DNA from: Nitrospirota bacterium
GTDB taxonomy: Bacteria > Nitrospirota > Nitrospiria > Nitrospirales > NS-4
NCBI GenBank assembly: GCA_963788195.1
Contig: CAWBGA010000013.1
Location: 316,227 to 380,226, forward strand
Reading direction: 5' to 3'
DNA: 64,000 bases
Part shown: positions 1-9,353 of the stretch, one piece after another
Numbering within the stretch: position 1 is the stretch's first letter
Layout: the number at the start of each line of letters is the position of its first letter
Notes under the pieces: generated by a model
What the model was told of the DNA's origin: nothing
Seen by the model: the letters and a program-made list of their open reading frames with translations, nothing else
Database searches by the model: none
Made by a program: the position numbers and the translations under genes

Positions 1-187
1 CCTGCTGCAGGGAGTGATAGCGCTCCCAACCAAGGACGGGATGCTCGTGATCTACTTGAGCCGTGTGTCGACCGACCAAGTAGCCGGCTTTGGATCCGCG
101 ATGAAACATCCCGTGTCTCGTGCCATCATGGCGCCCTATCTCAAAGACCTGTTCGTAGCTCTTCGAGGCATGGTGGATAAGCCGTAG
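1..187 (+). CDS. 3' end of an unidentified ORF entering from the left window edge (partial)
   Basis: Frame is open from base 2 to TAG 185-187 (...GFGSAMKHPVSRAIMAPYLKDLFVALRGMVDKP*). No domain recognised. Confidence 0.25.
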   Translation, partial: LLQGVIALPTKDGMLVIYLSRVSTDQVAGFGSAMKHPVSRAIMAPYLKDLFVALRGMVDKP

Positions 188-530
188 CCATATTTTGAAT
201 CAAGCCATTCCGTGATGCTCGCGAGGCCATGCAGCCGCATATACGTACACATGGTCATCGGCGTCCTCTGCACGATCTTTGGTGGGTGCGTTTCCGCGTA
301 TCGCCAGTAGGCCAAAGACTGCTCTCGAAGGCGCTCCCATGTATATTGTTGTGGCCTTCGAAACGGTTGAAAACAGCCGCTCGTGTGGCGTTTGGGCCAG
401 TGTGTCTGTAGAAAATAGTCCTTTCCTTTTCGCGTGTTGCGCGGACAATCACCGTAGTATGGCGTTCGGGGATAAGGTCGCAGTTTGAAATGGTTGGTAT
501 GTTTCGTGCTTCATGAATGGCAGGATCGCC

Positions 531-559
531 TTGACATGGCGAAGTTATGAATTTACAAG
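531..559 (+). promoter_or_regulatory. Candidate sigma-70 promoter upstream of the PAS kinase
   Basis: TTGACA 531-536, 17-nt spacer, TACAAG 554-559, about 90 nt before ATG 650. Pattern match only. Confidence 0.3.
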
Positions 560-649
560 TATGCAACGTGGAAGTGCGCTAAGGGAAACATTCGAGCTCT
601 AAACTGCCGATCCGGTGGGCGAAAGCTGTCCTGAAGAAAGATCTTAAGC

Positions 650-3319
650 ATGCTTGCCGAAAGTCCAGGGAAGGACATTTCTAAGGTAGCGACTTCCCCG
701 CGCACATCACGTTCCCCATCCATGACCGTGCAGGCGGTACTCGATGCAATACCCTCGAACGCCGCCCTACTCGATGACTCAGGGACGATTCTTTACGTCA
801 ACACGGGCTGGCGTAACTTCGCAAAGGACAATGGCTTTGGCGGGTCAGCTTCTGAAGTCGGGTCGAATTACCTGAAGACCTATCGCTCCACCACGGGTTC
901 CGGAACAGACATGGCCCGACTGGTTGCACACGGCATTGAGCGAGTGGCGAAGGGAGAGGAACCGCACTTTTCCTCGGAATACCCTTCCAATAGCCCCACA
1001 GGCAAGCGGTCGTTCCTGGTCCACGTGGCCCGCCTCGAGCTTCGCGATGGGACAACGCGCCTCATCGTGGTTCACGAGGATGTGGGTCCGATTAAACTGG
1101 CCGAAAACACTCTAAGAGAAACGGAAGAGCGGTTTCGCCCGTTGTTGGAGACAATGAATGTCGTTCCGTGGGAAGCGGATGCCGTGACCTGGCAATTCAC
1201 CTATGTCGGTCCGCAGGCGGAGAGGTTGTTCGGGTACCCGATCGCGCGATGGTACGAGAAGGAGTTCTGGGCCGAGAATCTCTTTGCCGCAGATCGCGAG
1301 CGCGCCTTCGAGTTCTGCCTGCAGCATTCTCAAACAGATGATCAGTACGAGTTTGACTACCGAATGCATCGGGCCGACGGCAGGATCGCGTGGATCCACG
1401 ATGTCGTCAGCGTCGTCCGGGACCGCGGTCGCCCGATTCTGTTACGAGGGTTTCTGATCGATATGACGGCTCGCAACGAGGCGGACGAGGCGTTGCGAGA
1501 AAGCCAGGAGCGTTTTGCTCTTGCCGTGCAAGGCTCGAATACCGGCATTTGGGATCGGGATCTGAAAACCAATCGGACGTACTTGTCCCCGCGATGGAAA
1601 AGTATGCTCGGATATGAGGAGTACGAGATCACAGATTGTTTCGAGGAGTGGGAGAACCGCATCCATCCTGAAGACCGAGAGCGTGTGCGCGCCTTGGTGA
1701 AGGATTATTTAGATGGGCGTGTTCCGGAATATGAGGTCCAGCATCGCCTCCGACACAAGGACGGCACGTACCGCTGGATCCTATCGCGCGGCGTCTCAGT
1801 TCGGGATGCCACCGGTAAGCCGATGCGCATCGCCGGGTCCCATGTGGATATCACTAAACTCAAGGTGACGCAGAAGGCGCTGGAAGCGAACGCGCACGCG
1901 TTGCGCGAGCAAGAGAGACTCTTTATCCACCTTGCGGAGACGATTGACCAGGTATTCTGGTTTGCCGAACTGGATCCGGAGCGAGTGATCTATGTCAGCC
2001 CGGCATTCCAACAGATTTGGGGGATTCCTGTCGAGACCCTGTACCGGGATCCGCGAGTTTGGATGCATACGATTCATCCTGACGATCGGGAGCGAGTGAG
2101 CCGTGCATTCGACGCGTACATTCGCGGGCACGCGCCCGCGTACAGAATTGAATACCGTATCCAACGCCAGGATGGAACGCTCCGCTGGATTCAGGACAAC
2201 GGCACGCGGAGGCTCGACAACTCGGGCCGGGTGCGGTGGGTGAGCGGTATCGCCAAAGACATCACGGAATCCAAGAGAGCCGAGGAAGCGCTTCGCGAAA
2301 GCGAAGGGCGATTCCGGCTCATGGCGGATGCGGCGCCCATTCTGATGTGGATGTCTGGGCCCGACAAACGCTCCGTCTATTTCAATAAGGGTTGGCTGGA
2401 GTTTACCGGCAGGCAGATGGAGCAGGAGCTCCGTGACGACTGGTCCGAGAATATCCACCCTGAAGATGTGCAGGGGTGCACCGAGACCTATTCGCAAGCT
2501 TTCGACGCACGAGAGCGCTTCGAGATGGAATACCGGCTCCGGCGTCATGATAGCGAATACCGATGGATGTGGGACATTGGTGTGCCGCGATTTGGCGAGG
2601 CAGGGCAATTCGCCGGCTACATTGGCACCTGCGTCGATATCACGGATCGGAAGCGCGCGGAGATTGCGCTCCGGGAGCTGAGCGGGCGGTTGATCCACGC
2701 CCAGGAGGAGGAACGTGGCCGTATCGCACGAGAGCTTCACGACGACGTGAGCCAACGGCTGGCGCTTCTGGGGATCGAGCTCGAACAATTGGGGCAACAG
2801 TCCGCGCCCTCGGCCGCGCAACTCAGCGCCCGCACCCACGGGTTGTGGAAGACGGTCAGGGACATTTCCGCGGACATCCACAACCTGTCCCATGACCTTC
2901 ACCCGTCGAAGCTGGATCATCTCGGCCTCGCGACCGCAATTCGGAGTTTCTGCAATGACCGTCGGGTACGTGGTGATCTGCGAATTGAATTTGCGTGTCG
3001 TGATGTGCCTGATTCACTGCCGAAGGATATTGCCCTTTGCTTGTACCGAGTCCTGCAGGAAGCGATTCAGAACGCCGTGAAGCATAGCAGGACGCGGGAC
3101 GCTAAGGTTGCGATCTACGGTAGCTCAACCCAGATCACTTTGAGAGTGTCTGATGCCGGCATCGGTTTCAATCCCGACGCTGACAGTATGAAAACAGGGC
3201 TCGGTCTGACCAGCATGCGGGAGCGGGTGCGCCTCGTCGGTGGAGAACTCTCCATTCAGTCACAGCCGTCAAAGGGAACGCTGATCGAGGTGCGAGTGCC
3301 ACTGGCTTCAGCATCATAG
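650..3319 (+). CDS. Multi-PAS sensor histidine kinase, NarX/HisKA_3 type
   Basis: Intact 889-aa ORF. Several PAS/PAC modules are separated by linkers such as DMTARNEADEALRESQERF, DITESKRAEEALRESEGRF and DITDRKRAEIALREL. H-box is LHDDVSQRLA. HATPase_c boxes are DAGIGF and GLGLTSMRERV. Confidence 0.9.
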   Translation: MLAESPGKDISKVATSPRTSRSPSMTVQAVLDAIPSNAALLDDSGTILYVNTGWRNFAKDNGFGGSASEVGSNYLKTYRSTTGSGTDMARLVAHGIERVAKGEEPHFSSEYPSNSPTGKRSFLVHVARLELRDGTTRLIVVHEDVGPIKLAENTLRETEERFRPLLETMNVVPWEADAVTWQFTYVGPQAERLFGYPIARWYEKEFWAENLFAADRERAFEFCLQHSQTDDQYEFDYRMHRADGRIAWIHDVVSVVRDRGRPILLRGFLIDMTARNEADEALRESQERFALAVQGSNTGIWDRDLKTNRTYLSPRWKSMLGYEEYEITDCFEEWENRIHPEDRERVRALVKDYLDGRVPEYEVQHRLRHKDGTYRWILSRGVSVRDATGKPMRIAGSHVDITKLKVTQKALEANAHALREQERLFIHLAETIDQVFWFAELDPERVIYVSPAFQQIWGIPVETLYRDPRVWMHTIHPDDRERVSRAFDAYIRGHAPAYRIEYRIQRQDGTLRWIQDNGTRRLDNSGRVRWVSGIAKDITESKRAEEALRESEGRFRLMADAAPILMWMSGPDKRSVYFNKGWLEFTGRQMEQELRDDWSENIHPEDVQGCTETYSQAFDARERFEMEYRLRRHDSEYRWMWDIGVPRFGEAGQFAGYIGTCVDITDRKRAEIALRELSGRLIHAQEEERGRIARELHDDVSQRLALLGIELEQLGQQSAPSAAQLSARTHGLWKTVRDISADIHNLSHDLHPSKLDHLGLATAIRSFCNDRRVRGDLRIEFACRDVPDSLPKDIALCLYRVLQEAIQNAVKHSRTRDAKVAIYGSSTQITLRVSDAGIGFNPDADSMKTGLGLTSMRERVRLVGGELSIQSQPSKGTLIEVRVPLASAS

Positions 3320-3335
3320 GGAGAGGAAAGAACCG

Positions 3336-3986
3336 ATGTATCGCCCACGGGTTTTGATCGCCGATGACCACGCGATGCTTCGCGAGGCGTTTCAAAAGTT
3401 CCTCGAACCGGATTGCGAGGTCGTTGGATCGGTGGCAGACGGGCGTGCACTGCTCGATCTGGCGCCGAAAGTACGGCCGGACATCATTTTGTTGGACATT
3501 TCCATGCCTCTGCTCAACGGCCTGGATGCCGGCTTACAGCTCAAACGGATGATGCCGCAGGTCAAGTTGATTTTCTTGACCGTCAACGACGATCCGGATT
3601 TCGTCACGCAAGCGTTTCGTAACGGGGCCTCAGCATATCTTCTCAAGACATGTGCTGTCGCGGAGTTGTATACGGCGGTCCAGTCCGTCTTGCATGGAAA
3701 AAGCTATGTGACACGGCTCGTTATGCAAGGGAGTGAGGAATCCTTCAGGCAGGCGCCGTCATATCACGAAGGCGTGAGGCAACTGACCTCTCGGCAACGA
3801 GAAGTGCTGCAACTGCTGGCCGAGGGATACTTGATGAAACAGGTGGCAACTATTATGCGTATCACGCCACGGACCGTCGCCTTTCATAAGTATCGGATAA
3901 TGGAGCGGTTTCAGTTGAAGACAAACGCGGATGTGATTCAGTTCGCGATGAAACAGGGTCTGACGCCTACACCTGTGCCTCGCTGA
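3336..3986 (+). CDS. NarL/FixJ-family response regulator (REC + LuxR-type HTH)
   Basis: REC motifs VLIADDH, ILLDISMP and KLIFLTV. C-terminal HTH is LTSRQREVLQLLAEGYLMKQVATIMRITPRTVAFHK. Starts 17 nt after the kinase stop. Confidence 0.9.
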   Translation: MYRPRVLIADDHAMLREAFQKFLEPDCEVVGSVADGRALLDLAPKVRPDIILLDISMPLLNGLDAGLQLKRMMPQVKLIFLTVNDDPDFVTQAFRNGASAYLLKTCAVAELYTAVQSVLHGKSYVTRLVMQGSEESFRQAPSYHEGVRQLTSRQREVLQLLAEGYLMKQVATIMRITPRTVAFHKYRIMERFQLKTNADVIQFAMKQGLTPTPVPR

Positions 3987-4105
3987 AATTCCCTCTCCTA
4001 GTACTTCTGACAGTATCCCTGGTTCTTCCCCTCTGCTAGTGTGCGCAAGGTTCACGGTTGGAACTCGCCTTCTTGAGATCTAATGTAGAGGGGCCTCCCA
4101 TACGA

Positions 4106-4495
4106 ATGCGTCTCGTCATCGCAGACGACAACGCCGCTATATTAGAGACCGTCACTCGGTTGCTTGCGCCTGACTTCGATATCATTGCGACCGCGGATAC
4201 TGGAAGCACTGCATTAGAAGCCATCACCAGATTGCGTCCGGATTGCGCGGTGCTCGATATCTCCATGAATGATTTCAGCGGTATTGAGGTAGCCAAACGC
4301 CTGAAAGCCAGCGGTTCGAATTCCAAGATTGTTTTCCTGACCGTCCACGAAGACTCGGACTTCGTGGAGGAAGCTGTCGCGGTTGGAGCCATCGGCTACG
4401 TTGTGAAGTCACGCCTTGCGTCTGACCTGCAACCTGCTCTCAAGTGCGCACTCGCTGGGGACTTGTTCATCTCTCCTTCCATAGGAATGGCTTAG
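4106..4495 (+). CDS. Receiver-only response regulator
   Basis: MRLVIADDN...AVLDISMNDFSGIEVAKRL...KIVFLTVHED...GYVVK, with no output domain. ATG 4106 preferred over the upstream track start 4058. Confidence 0.75.
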   Translation: MRLVIADDNAAILETVTRLLAPDFDIIATADTGSTALEAITRLRPDCAVLDISMNDFSGIEVAKRLKASGSNSKIVFLTVHEDSDFVEEAVAVGAIGYVVKSRLASDLQPALKCALAGDLFISPSIGMA

Positions 4496-4740
4496 GAAGA
4501 CCGCTGACATCCGAAGAACCTTCGCCGGATCCCAGGCGGCTCACCAAATAATTCAATGTGTTCAGGGAGCCATCCTGCCTCGTCACTACCATCGTGCTAA
4601 ATTTGTAATAATTAGCGTGGAGAACACACGTGTTCGATGACTGTGGGCACTTCTCCCACGGGACGTTCCAAAAGTGCCGCGCGTCTCATCCGGTCGGCAT
4701 TGGGTGAAAGCTAATTTTGAAACATGAGGAGGTTATTGCC

Positions 4741-5139
4741 ATGGTCACACTGGACAATGCCAGAAAGGTCATTGCTGCTGCCGAAAAAAAGGCGACGGAA
4801 ATCGGTCAACCCTCGAACATCGCGGTCGCCGATGCCGGAGGAAACTTAGTCGCGCACGTGAGGATGGACGGAGCATGGATCGGCAGTATAGATATTTCCA
4901 TCAAAAAGGCGTTCACCTCGCGTGCCTTCGATATTGAAACGAAGGAATTAGGGAAACTCGCCCAGCCCGGCAAAGACTTTTACGGCATACATGCGTCCAA
5001 CGACGGCAAAATCATGATCTTCGCGGGCGGCGTCCCGCTCAAAAGAGACGGGAAAGTCGTCGGAGCCATCGGCGTCAGTGGCGGTTCGGGCGAGCAGGAT
5101 CAGGCCGTGGCCGAAGCCGGCGCGGCCGCCTTTAAATGA
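4741..5139 (+). CDS. GlcG/HbpS-like (DUF336) haem-binding family protein
   Basis: IAVADAGGNLVAHVRMDGA and GGVPLKRDGKVVGAIGVSGGSGEQDQAVAEAG are typical of DUF336. A GAGGAGG Shine-Dalgarno lies 8 nt before ATG 4741. The track ORF begins at TTG 4717. Confidence 0.7.
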   Translation: MVTLDNARKVIAAAEKKATEIGQPSNIAVADAGGNLVAHVRMDGAWIGSIDISIKKAFTSRAFDIETKELGKLAQPGKDFYGIHASNDGKIMIFAGGVPLKRDGKVVGAIGVSGGSGEQDQAVAEAGAAAFK

Positions 5140-5261
5140 AGTTGATACCGACACTCAGACGGCGATGCGCCGCATCAGGATTATGCGCGAGAGGTGTGAT
5201 TCGCCATCCGGTTGAACTGGCGGCGACCCAAGCCAAGGAGCTCCTGCGCAAGGTGGGGATC

Positions 5262-5570
5262 TTACCGCCCTTTTCGAAACTGCGGTGGGATGGATCCATG
5301 CGGACGGGGTGCGTGTGACCTGAATGACGGAGAAAAGTTTCTATAGCCGCCCCTATGTCCACCGCCCCAGTAACCTCCTCGGTATCCACCCCACGGACGC
5401 GGAAAGGGGCGGTAGTAGCTTCGCGGGTACGGATAGACATAGCCGTACGGATACGGTGTCGCATATGCATACGATTCAGCTACCCGGTAGTCCTCGCCAT
5501 ACAGCACGCCCACCGAGCCAGCGCATCCGGCCAGGAGGAGTCCAGCGAGTAAGACAGCTATGAGAAGCAT
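5262..5570 (-). CDS. Small lipoprotein with a Tyr/Pro/Gly/Arg-rich tail
   Basis: MLLIAVLLAGLLLAGC lipobox, then low complexity (YPYGYVYPYPRSYYRPFPRPWGGYRGGYWGGGHRGGY). Start taken at the internal Met. Confidence 0.45.
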   Translation of the reverse strand: MLLIAVLLAGLLLAGCAGSVGVLYGEDYRVAESYAYATPYPYGYVYPYPRSYYRPFPRPWGGYRGGYWGGGHRGGYRNFSPSFRSHAPRPHGSIPPQFRKGR

Positions 5571-5645
5571 GTGTGTGTCCTCCACACGTCGTCAGTAGGG
5601 TGGCGGCCATCCGTAACGAACAACCGCCACCGCGGGACACGAACC

Positions 5646-6140
5646 TTAACCCTGCTTTGGGCTGCCTTCCCTCTGGTGCTGCTTGTCATGGTGCCGATGC
5701 GTGAGGCGCATCTTAATCAGCTTTCCCTGTTGTTCAGGTGTCAGAGTCTGCCGAAACAACTCTCGCCGCTGTTGCTTGAGCGTGGTGAGGGCATCAGTGG
5801 CCGCGTAATAGCGCTCTAGCGTCTGCTTCAACGTCGCGCTGTCCGCCTTCCCCTGAGCCTGTGCCTTAATAGTCGCTACCGCATCGTACCGCTGCTTGCG
5901 TAGAGGCTCAGCCTTTTGATTCAATTCATCTAAGCCCTGAGTCAGCTTTGTCCTGGTCTCTTGATCGAGCTGTAGCTTTTCAAACAAACGTGCCCGCTTC
6001 TTCTCGCCCCGATCACGAAGTTCTGGAGCCTTTCCCTGCTGGCCTTGAACCGCCGGTGATTCTGGAGTCGTGGGGTCAGCGGCAAAGGCGAACGCTGGCA
6101 TAAGCGAGACCGCCAAAAACACTGCTAATACTTTCCTCAT
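5646..6140 (-). CDS. Periplasmic CpxP/Spy/ZraP-like helical protein
   Basis: Signal peptide MRKVLAVFLAVSLMPAFAFA. LTxxQ-like motifs (LTQGLDELNQ, LTPEQQGKL). His-rich C-terminus HRHHDKQHQ. Confidence 0.5.
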   Translation of the reverse strand: MRKVLAVFLAVSLMPAFAFAADPTTPESPAVQGQQGKAPELRDRGEKKRARLFEKLQLDQETRTKLTQGLDELNQKAEPLRKQRYDAVATIKAQAQGKADSATLKQTLERYYAATDALTTLKQQRRELFRQTLTPEQQGKLIKMRLTHRHHDKQHQREGSPKQG

Positions 6141-6279
6141 ATGATGTCTCCTTTTCGAGCTGTCTATTTTCTTAGACAGTCAGAACGAAGAAAGGTAAAA
6201 AGAAAAGTGGGGTCAGAGTGAGGTATACCCGCTTTCGCGGACACCTAGTGAGGGGACATAATGCCCCAGGAGGTGTCCG

Positions 6280-6576
6280 ATGGGAAAGCGCCAGTCGTTC
6301 ACGAGAGCGTTCAAGCTGGAAGCCGTGCGCTTGCTGGAGAAGTCCGGCAGACCGATCGCCGAGGTCGCGCGGGAGCTGGGTGTGCGGCGCAATCAGCTCT
6401 ACAAGTGGCATGAGCAACTCCAAAGCAAAGGCCCCGACGAGGTGTTTCCGGGTCCAGGGCGGCGCCTCGGGCGCGCCGCGGAGCTGGCCTGTCTGCAACG
6501 CGAGAATGCCCGGTTGCTGGAGGAGAATACGATTTTAAAAAAAGCCGCGCGGTACTTCGCGAGGGAATCTGCGTGA
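6280..6576 (+). CDS. IS3 transposase OrfA (HTH, leucine zipper)
   Basis: MGKRQSFTRAFKLEAVRLLEKSGRPIAEVARELGVRRNQLYKWHEQL...LEENTILKKAARYF, a typical IS3/IS911 OrfA. Confidence 0.9.
   Translation: MGKRQSFTRAFKLEAVRLLEKSGRPIAEVARELGVRRNQLYKWHEQLQSKGPDEVFPGPGRRLGRAAELACLQRENARLLEENTILKKAARYFARESA
6537..6543 (+). promoter_or_regulatory. Probable programmed -1 ribosomal frameshift site of the IS3 transposase
   Basis: TTA AAA AAA G in the orfA frame (A7 run 6537-6543). The -1 frame is open from here into orfB (..KSRAVLREGICVRYQFIADH..). Confidence 0.6.
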
Positions 6577-7436
6577 GGTACCAGTTCATCGCCGACCACA
6601 CGCGCGAGCACCGGATCGGCGCGCTTTGCCGGGTGCTGCAGGTGTCGAGGAGTGGCTTCTACGGCTGGACGCGCCGACCCGAGAGTGGTCGCGCGCAGGC
6701 GAATCGGCAGTTGCTCGGGCGCATCCGCGCCCTGCATGCGCACGCCCGCGAGGCCTATGGCATTATCAAGACCTGGCGTGCGCTCAATGCCGAAGGGCTG
6801 CGCTGTGGGCACAACCGGGTCGCTCGCCTGCGCCGCGTGCACGGCATCGAGACCCGGCGGATGCGGCGCTTTCGCATGGCGTACGCCGCGCGCCAGAGCG
6901 CCCCGCCCGCTGCGAATCTGTTGGAGCGGGACTTCCACGTGGCCGCGCCGGATCGCGTCTGGGTCGCGGACATCAGCTTCATCCCCACGCGCGAGGGGTG
7001 GCTGTATCTGGCGGTGCTGCTGGATCTGTATTCCCGCCGGGTCGTGGGCTGGGCCATGCACGAGAAACAGAATCGCCAACTCGCCACCGAGGCGCTGGTG
7101 ATGGCCCTTGAACGCCGCCAGCCCAGCGCGGGGCTCATCCATCACAGCGATCAGGGTATGTTGTACGCCACGGCAAGCTACCGCCAGATCCTGACCGCGC
7201 ACGGCATGATCCCGAGTATGAGCCGCAAGGGCGACTGCTATGACAATGCGGTGGCTGAGAGTTTCTTCAGTGGCCTGAAGAATGAGTTGATTTGGCATCG
7301 TGACTTCAGAACGCGCGCTGAAGCACGAAGCGCCATCTTCGAATGGATCGAAGTCTTCTACAATCGACAGCGGCTGCATCAGACGCTCGAATACGTTAGT
7401 CCAGCCCGCTATGAGGCGCAGGCCGATGTTGCTTAA
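6573..7436 (+). CDS. IS3 transposase OrfB (DDE/rve integrase core)
   Basis: DDE context WVADISFI, HHSDQGMLY and CYDNAVAESFF. C-terminal YNRQRLHQTLEY. Overlaps the orfA stop. Confidence 0.9.
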   Translation: MRYQFIADHTREHRIGALCRVLQVSRSGFYGWTRRPESGRAQANRQLLGRIRALHAHAREAYGIIKTWRALNAEGLRCGHNRVARLRRVHGIETRRMRRFRMAYAARQSAPPAANLLERDFHVAAPDRVWVADISFIPTREGWLYLAVLLDLYSRRVVGWAMHEKQNRQLATEALVMALERRQPSAGLIHHSDQGMLYATASYRQILTAHGMIPSMSRKGDCYDNAVAESFFSGLKNELIWHRDFRTRAEARSAIFEWIEVFYNRQRLHQTLEYVSPARYEAQADVA

Positions 7437-7591
7437 CCATGTGTCCGTGGAAACGGGGATAGCTCAGAGTCGCTTTGGGTCTCTGACCCATTGGGGCCTG
7501 TAACTTTGCTGAGAAGAAGCTCGATGCTTTATTCCTAATGCTTTAGTATCAGGTTCGGCCTGTTGGCTAACCGATCGGGATGACGGCATAG

Positions 7592-9226
7592 ATGAACACA
7601 CAGCCTTTGATCTCCACGCTGGTAGGAGCATTCGTCGTGGCCTTCATCTTTGGGACAATTGCGAACCGTTTGCGCATATCGCCGATTGTCGGCTTCTTGC
7701 TTGCGGGGATCGTGATCGGGCCTTTCACGCCCGGCTTTGTGGGCAATGTGGCGTTGGCACCCGAACTGGCCGAGATCGGCGTGGTTCTTCTGATGTTTGG
7801 AGTTGGCCTGCACTTCTCGATCCGCGACCTTTTGTCCGTCCGCATGATAGCCATCCCAGGAGCCATCGTTCAGATCGTCATCGCGACAGGGCTCGGGGCT
7901 GGGCTAGCTTATGCGCTCGGATGGTCTCTTAGTACCGGCATGGTGTTCGGCCTGGCGCTGTCCACGGCCAGTACGGTCGTGCTGCTGCGAGCGCTCGAAG
8001 AGCGGCGCTTGATCGACACTCAAGAGGGCCGAATTGCCGTAGGCTGGTTAATCGTAGAAGACATTGCCATGGTCGTGGCGCTCGTCGTGGTGCCGGCATT
8101 GTCGAACAGCCTTAGCGGATCGGTCGAGGGATCGAACCCTGCACTCAAGACACTCCTTGCGGTTGTCATCACGCTCGGCAAGGTTGCGGTGTTCATCGCG
8201 CTCATGCTGGTCGTCGGGAGGCGCTTCATCCCCTGGACGCTCGACCGGATCTCCAAGACGGGTTCGCGCGAACTATTTACGCTCGCGGTGCTGGTCATCG
8301 CACTCGGCGTGGCCTACGGATCGGCGGAGCTTTTCGACGTCTCGTTTGCCCTGGGAGCCTTCTTTGCGGGGTTAGTGCTCCATGAGTCCGAGCTCAGCCA
8401 AAAGGCGGCGACGGACACGCTCCCGCTGCGAGATGCCTTTGCGGTGCTGTTTTTTGTTGCCGTCGGAATGCTGTTCAACCCGAGTATTCTGATCCGCCAC
8501 CCGTGGGCTGTCGTGGCGACGCTGCTGATCATCGTTGTCGGCAAGTCGTTCGCCGCGTGGCTCATCGTCCTGGCGTTCGGGTACCCACGCAAGACGGCGC
8601 TCACCATTTCGGTCAGTCTGGCGCAGATCGGGGAGTTTGCGTTCATGTTGGCAGAGCTGGGTGTTACCCTCGGCTTATTGACAGCCGAAGGGCGCGACTT
8701 GATCCTGGCGGGTGCGATCCTGTCGCTTTTAATCAACCCCTTTTTGTTCGTTGCGCTGGACTGGCTCGAACCACGAACGGATCAGGGGGAACGTTTCGCG
8801 CCGCCTCCAGTATCGGCAAAAGACCATATTATTCTGGTCGGCTATGGTCGCGTCGGCGCGATCGTGGGCAGTGCACTGCGGGAGGTGAATCACGCATTCG
8901 TCGTCATCGAAGACAACGCGGATATAGTCGTCAGACTGCGTGCGGAAGGTGTGATTGCGATTCTCGGCAATGCGGAGGCAACCGGAGTGCTGGAGTCAGC
9001 CATGGTTATCGACGCTCGCCTCCTTATTAGTGCGATTCCAAACGTTTTCGAGGCAAGCCAAATTATTGAGCGGGCTCGATTGGCGAATCCGTCGATCGAC
9101 ATTGTGGCCCGCGCACATTCCGATGCGGAGGTGGAGTTTCTGAAGCGTCACGGCGCCGGCGTTGTGATCATGGGGGAACGAGAGCTTGCGCGCAGGATGA
9201 TCGAATACGCGTTCGAGCGAACATAA
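7592..9226 (+). CDS. CPA2 monovalent cation:proton antiporter (YbaL/KefB-like) with C-terminal RCK/TrkA-N domain
   Basis: Intact 544-aa ORF. Hydrophobic multipass exchanger domain followed by a Rossmann motif HIILVGYGRVG and an RCK-like tail. Confidence 0.9.
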   Translation: MNTQPLISTLVGAFVVAFIFGTIANRLRISPIVGFLLAGIVIGPFTPGFVGNVALAPELAEIGVVLLMFGVGLHFSIRDLLSVRMIAIPGAIVQIVIATGLGAGLAYALGWSLSTGMVFGLALSTASTVVLLRALEERRLIDTQEGRIAVGWLIVEDIAMVVALVVVPALSNSLSGSVEGSNPALKTLLAVVITLGKVAVFIALMLVVGRRFIPWTLDRISKTGSRELFTLAVLVIALGVAYGSAELFDVSFALGAFFAGLVLHESELSQKAATDTLPLRDAFAVLFFVAVGMLFNPSILIRHPWAVVATLLIIVVGKSFAAWLIVLAFGYPRKTALTISVSLAQIGEFAFMLAELGVTLGLLTAEGRDLILAGAILSLLINPFLFVALDWLEPRTDQGERFAPPPVSAKDHIILVGYGRVGAIVGSALREVNHAFVVIEDNADIVVRLRAEGVIAILGNAEATGVLESAMVIDARLLISAIPNVFEASQIIERARLANPSIDIVARAHSDAEVEFLKRHGAGVVIMGERELARRMIEYAFERT

Positions 9227-9353
9227 ACGAAGAAGCTCGATGTCTTTATTCCTAATGCTTTAGTATCAGCCTACGCAGATGTCATGATGATCGAGTCGGC
9301 CTGCCGTGCAGGCAGGTTCGGCCTGTTGCCTAACCGATCGAGATGACGCACAG

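Larger units (their letters stand above)
6208..7490 (+). mobile_element. IS3-family insertion sequence (~1.28 kb)
   Basis: Imperfect terminal inverted repeats: left TGGGGTCAGAG...CGCGGACAC from 6208, right GTGTCCGTGG...CTCTGACCCA ending 7490. Contains orfA/orfB with an A7 slippery run. No clear target duplication seen. Confidence 0.8.

Noticed and set aside
200-566. Overlapping minus-strand ORFs (200-448, 255-566) as a possible small gene or toxin-antitoxin module
   Set aside because: No motif is recognised. The two frames could be one gene split by another indel, but I cannot support any call.
1796-2920. 374-aa antisense ORF within the PAS kinase. Similar long antisense ORFs occur at 6399-7379, 39264-40286, 44171-45013 and 47821-48522.
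   Set aside because: These are shadow ORFs, typical of GC-rich DNA. In each case the opposite strand encodes a protein with clear family motifs.
8503-9030. 175-aa out-of-frame ORF inside CPA2 copy 1
   Set aside because: It is the same alternative frame that copy 2 falls into after its frameshift, and it is Arg/Gly-rich junk. The main frame carries the conserved transporter and RCK sequence.
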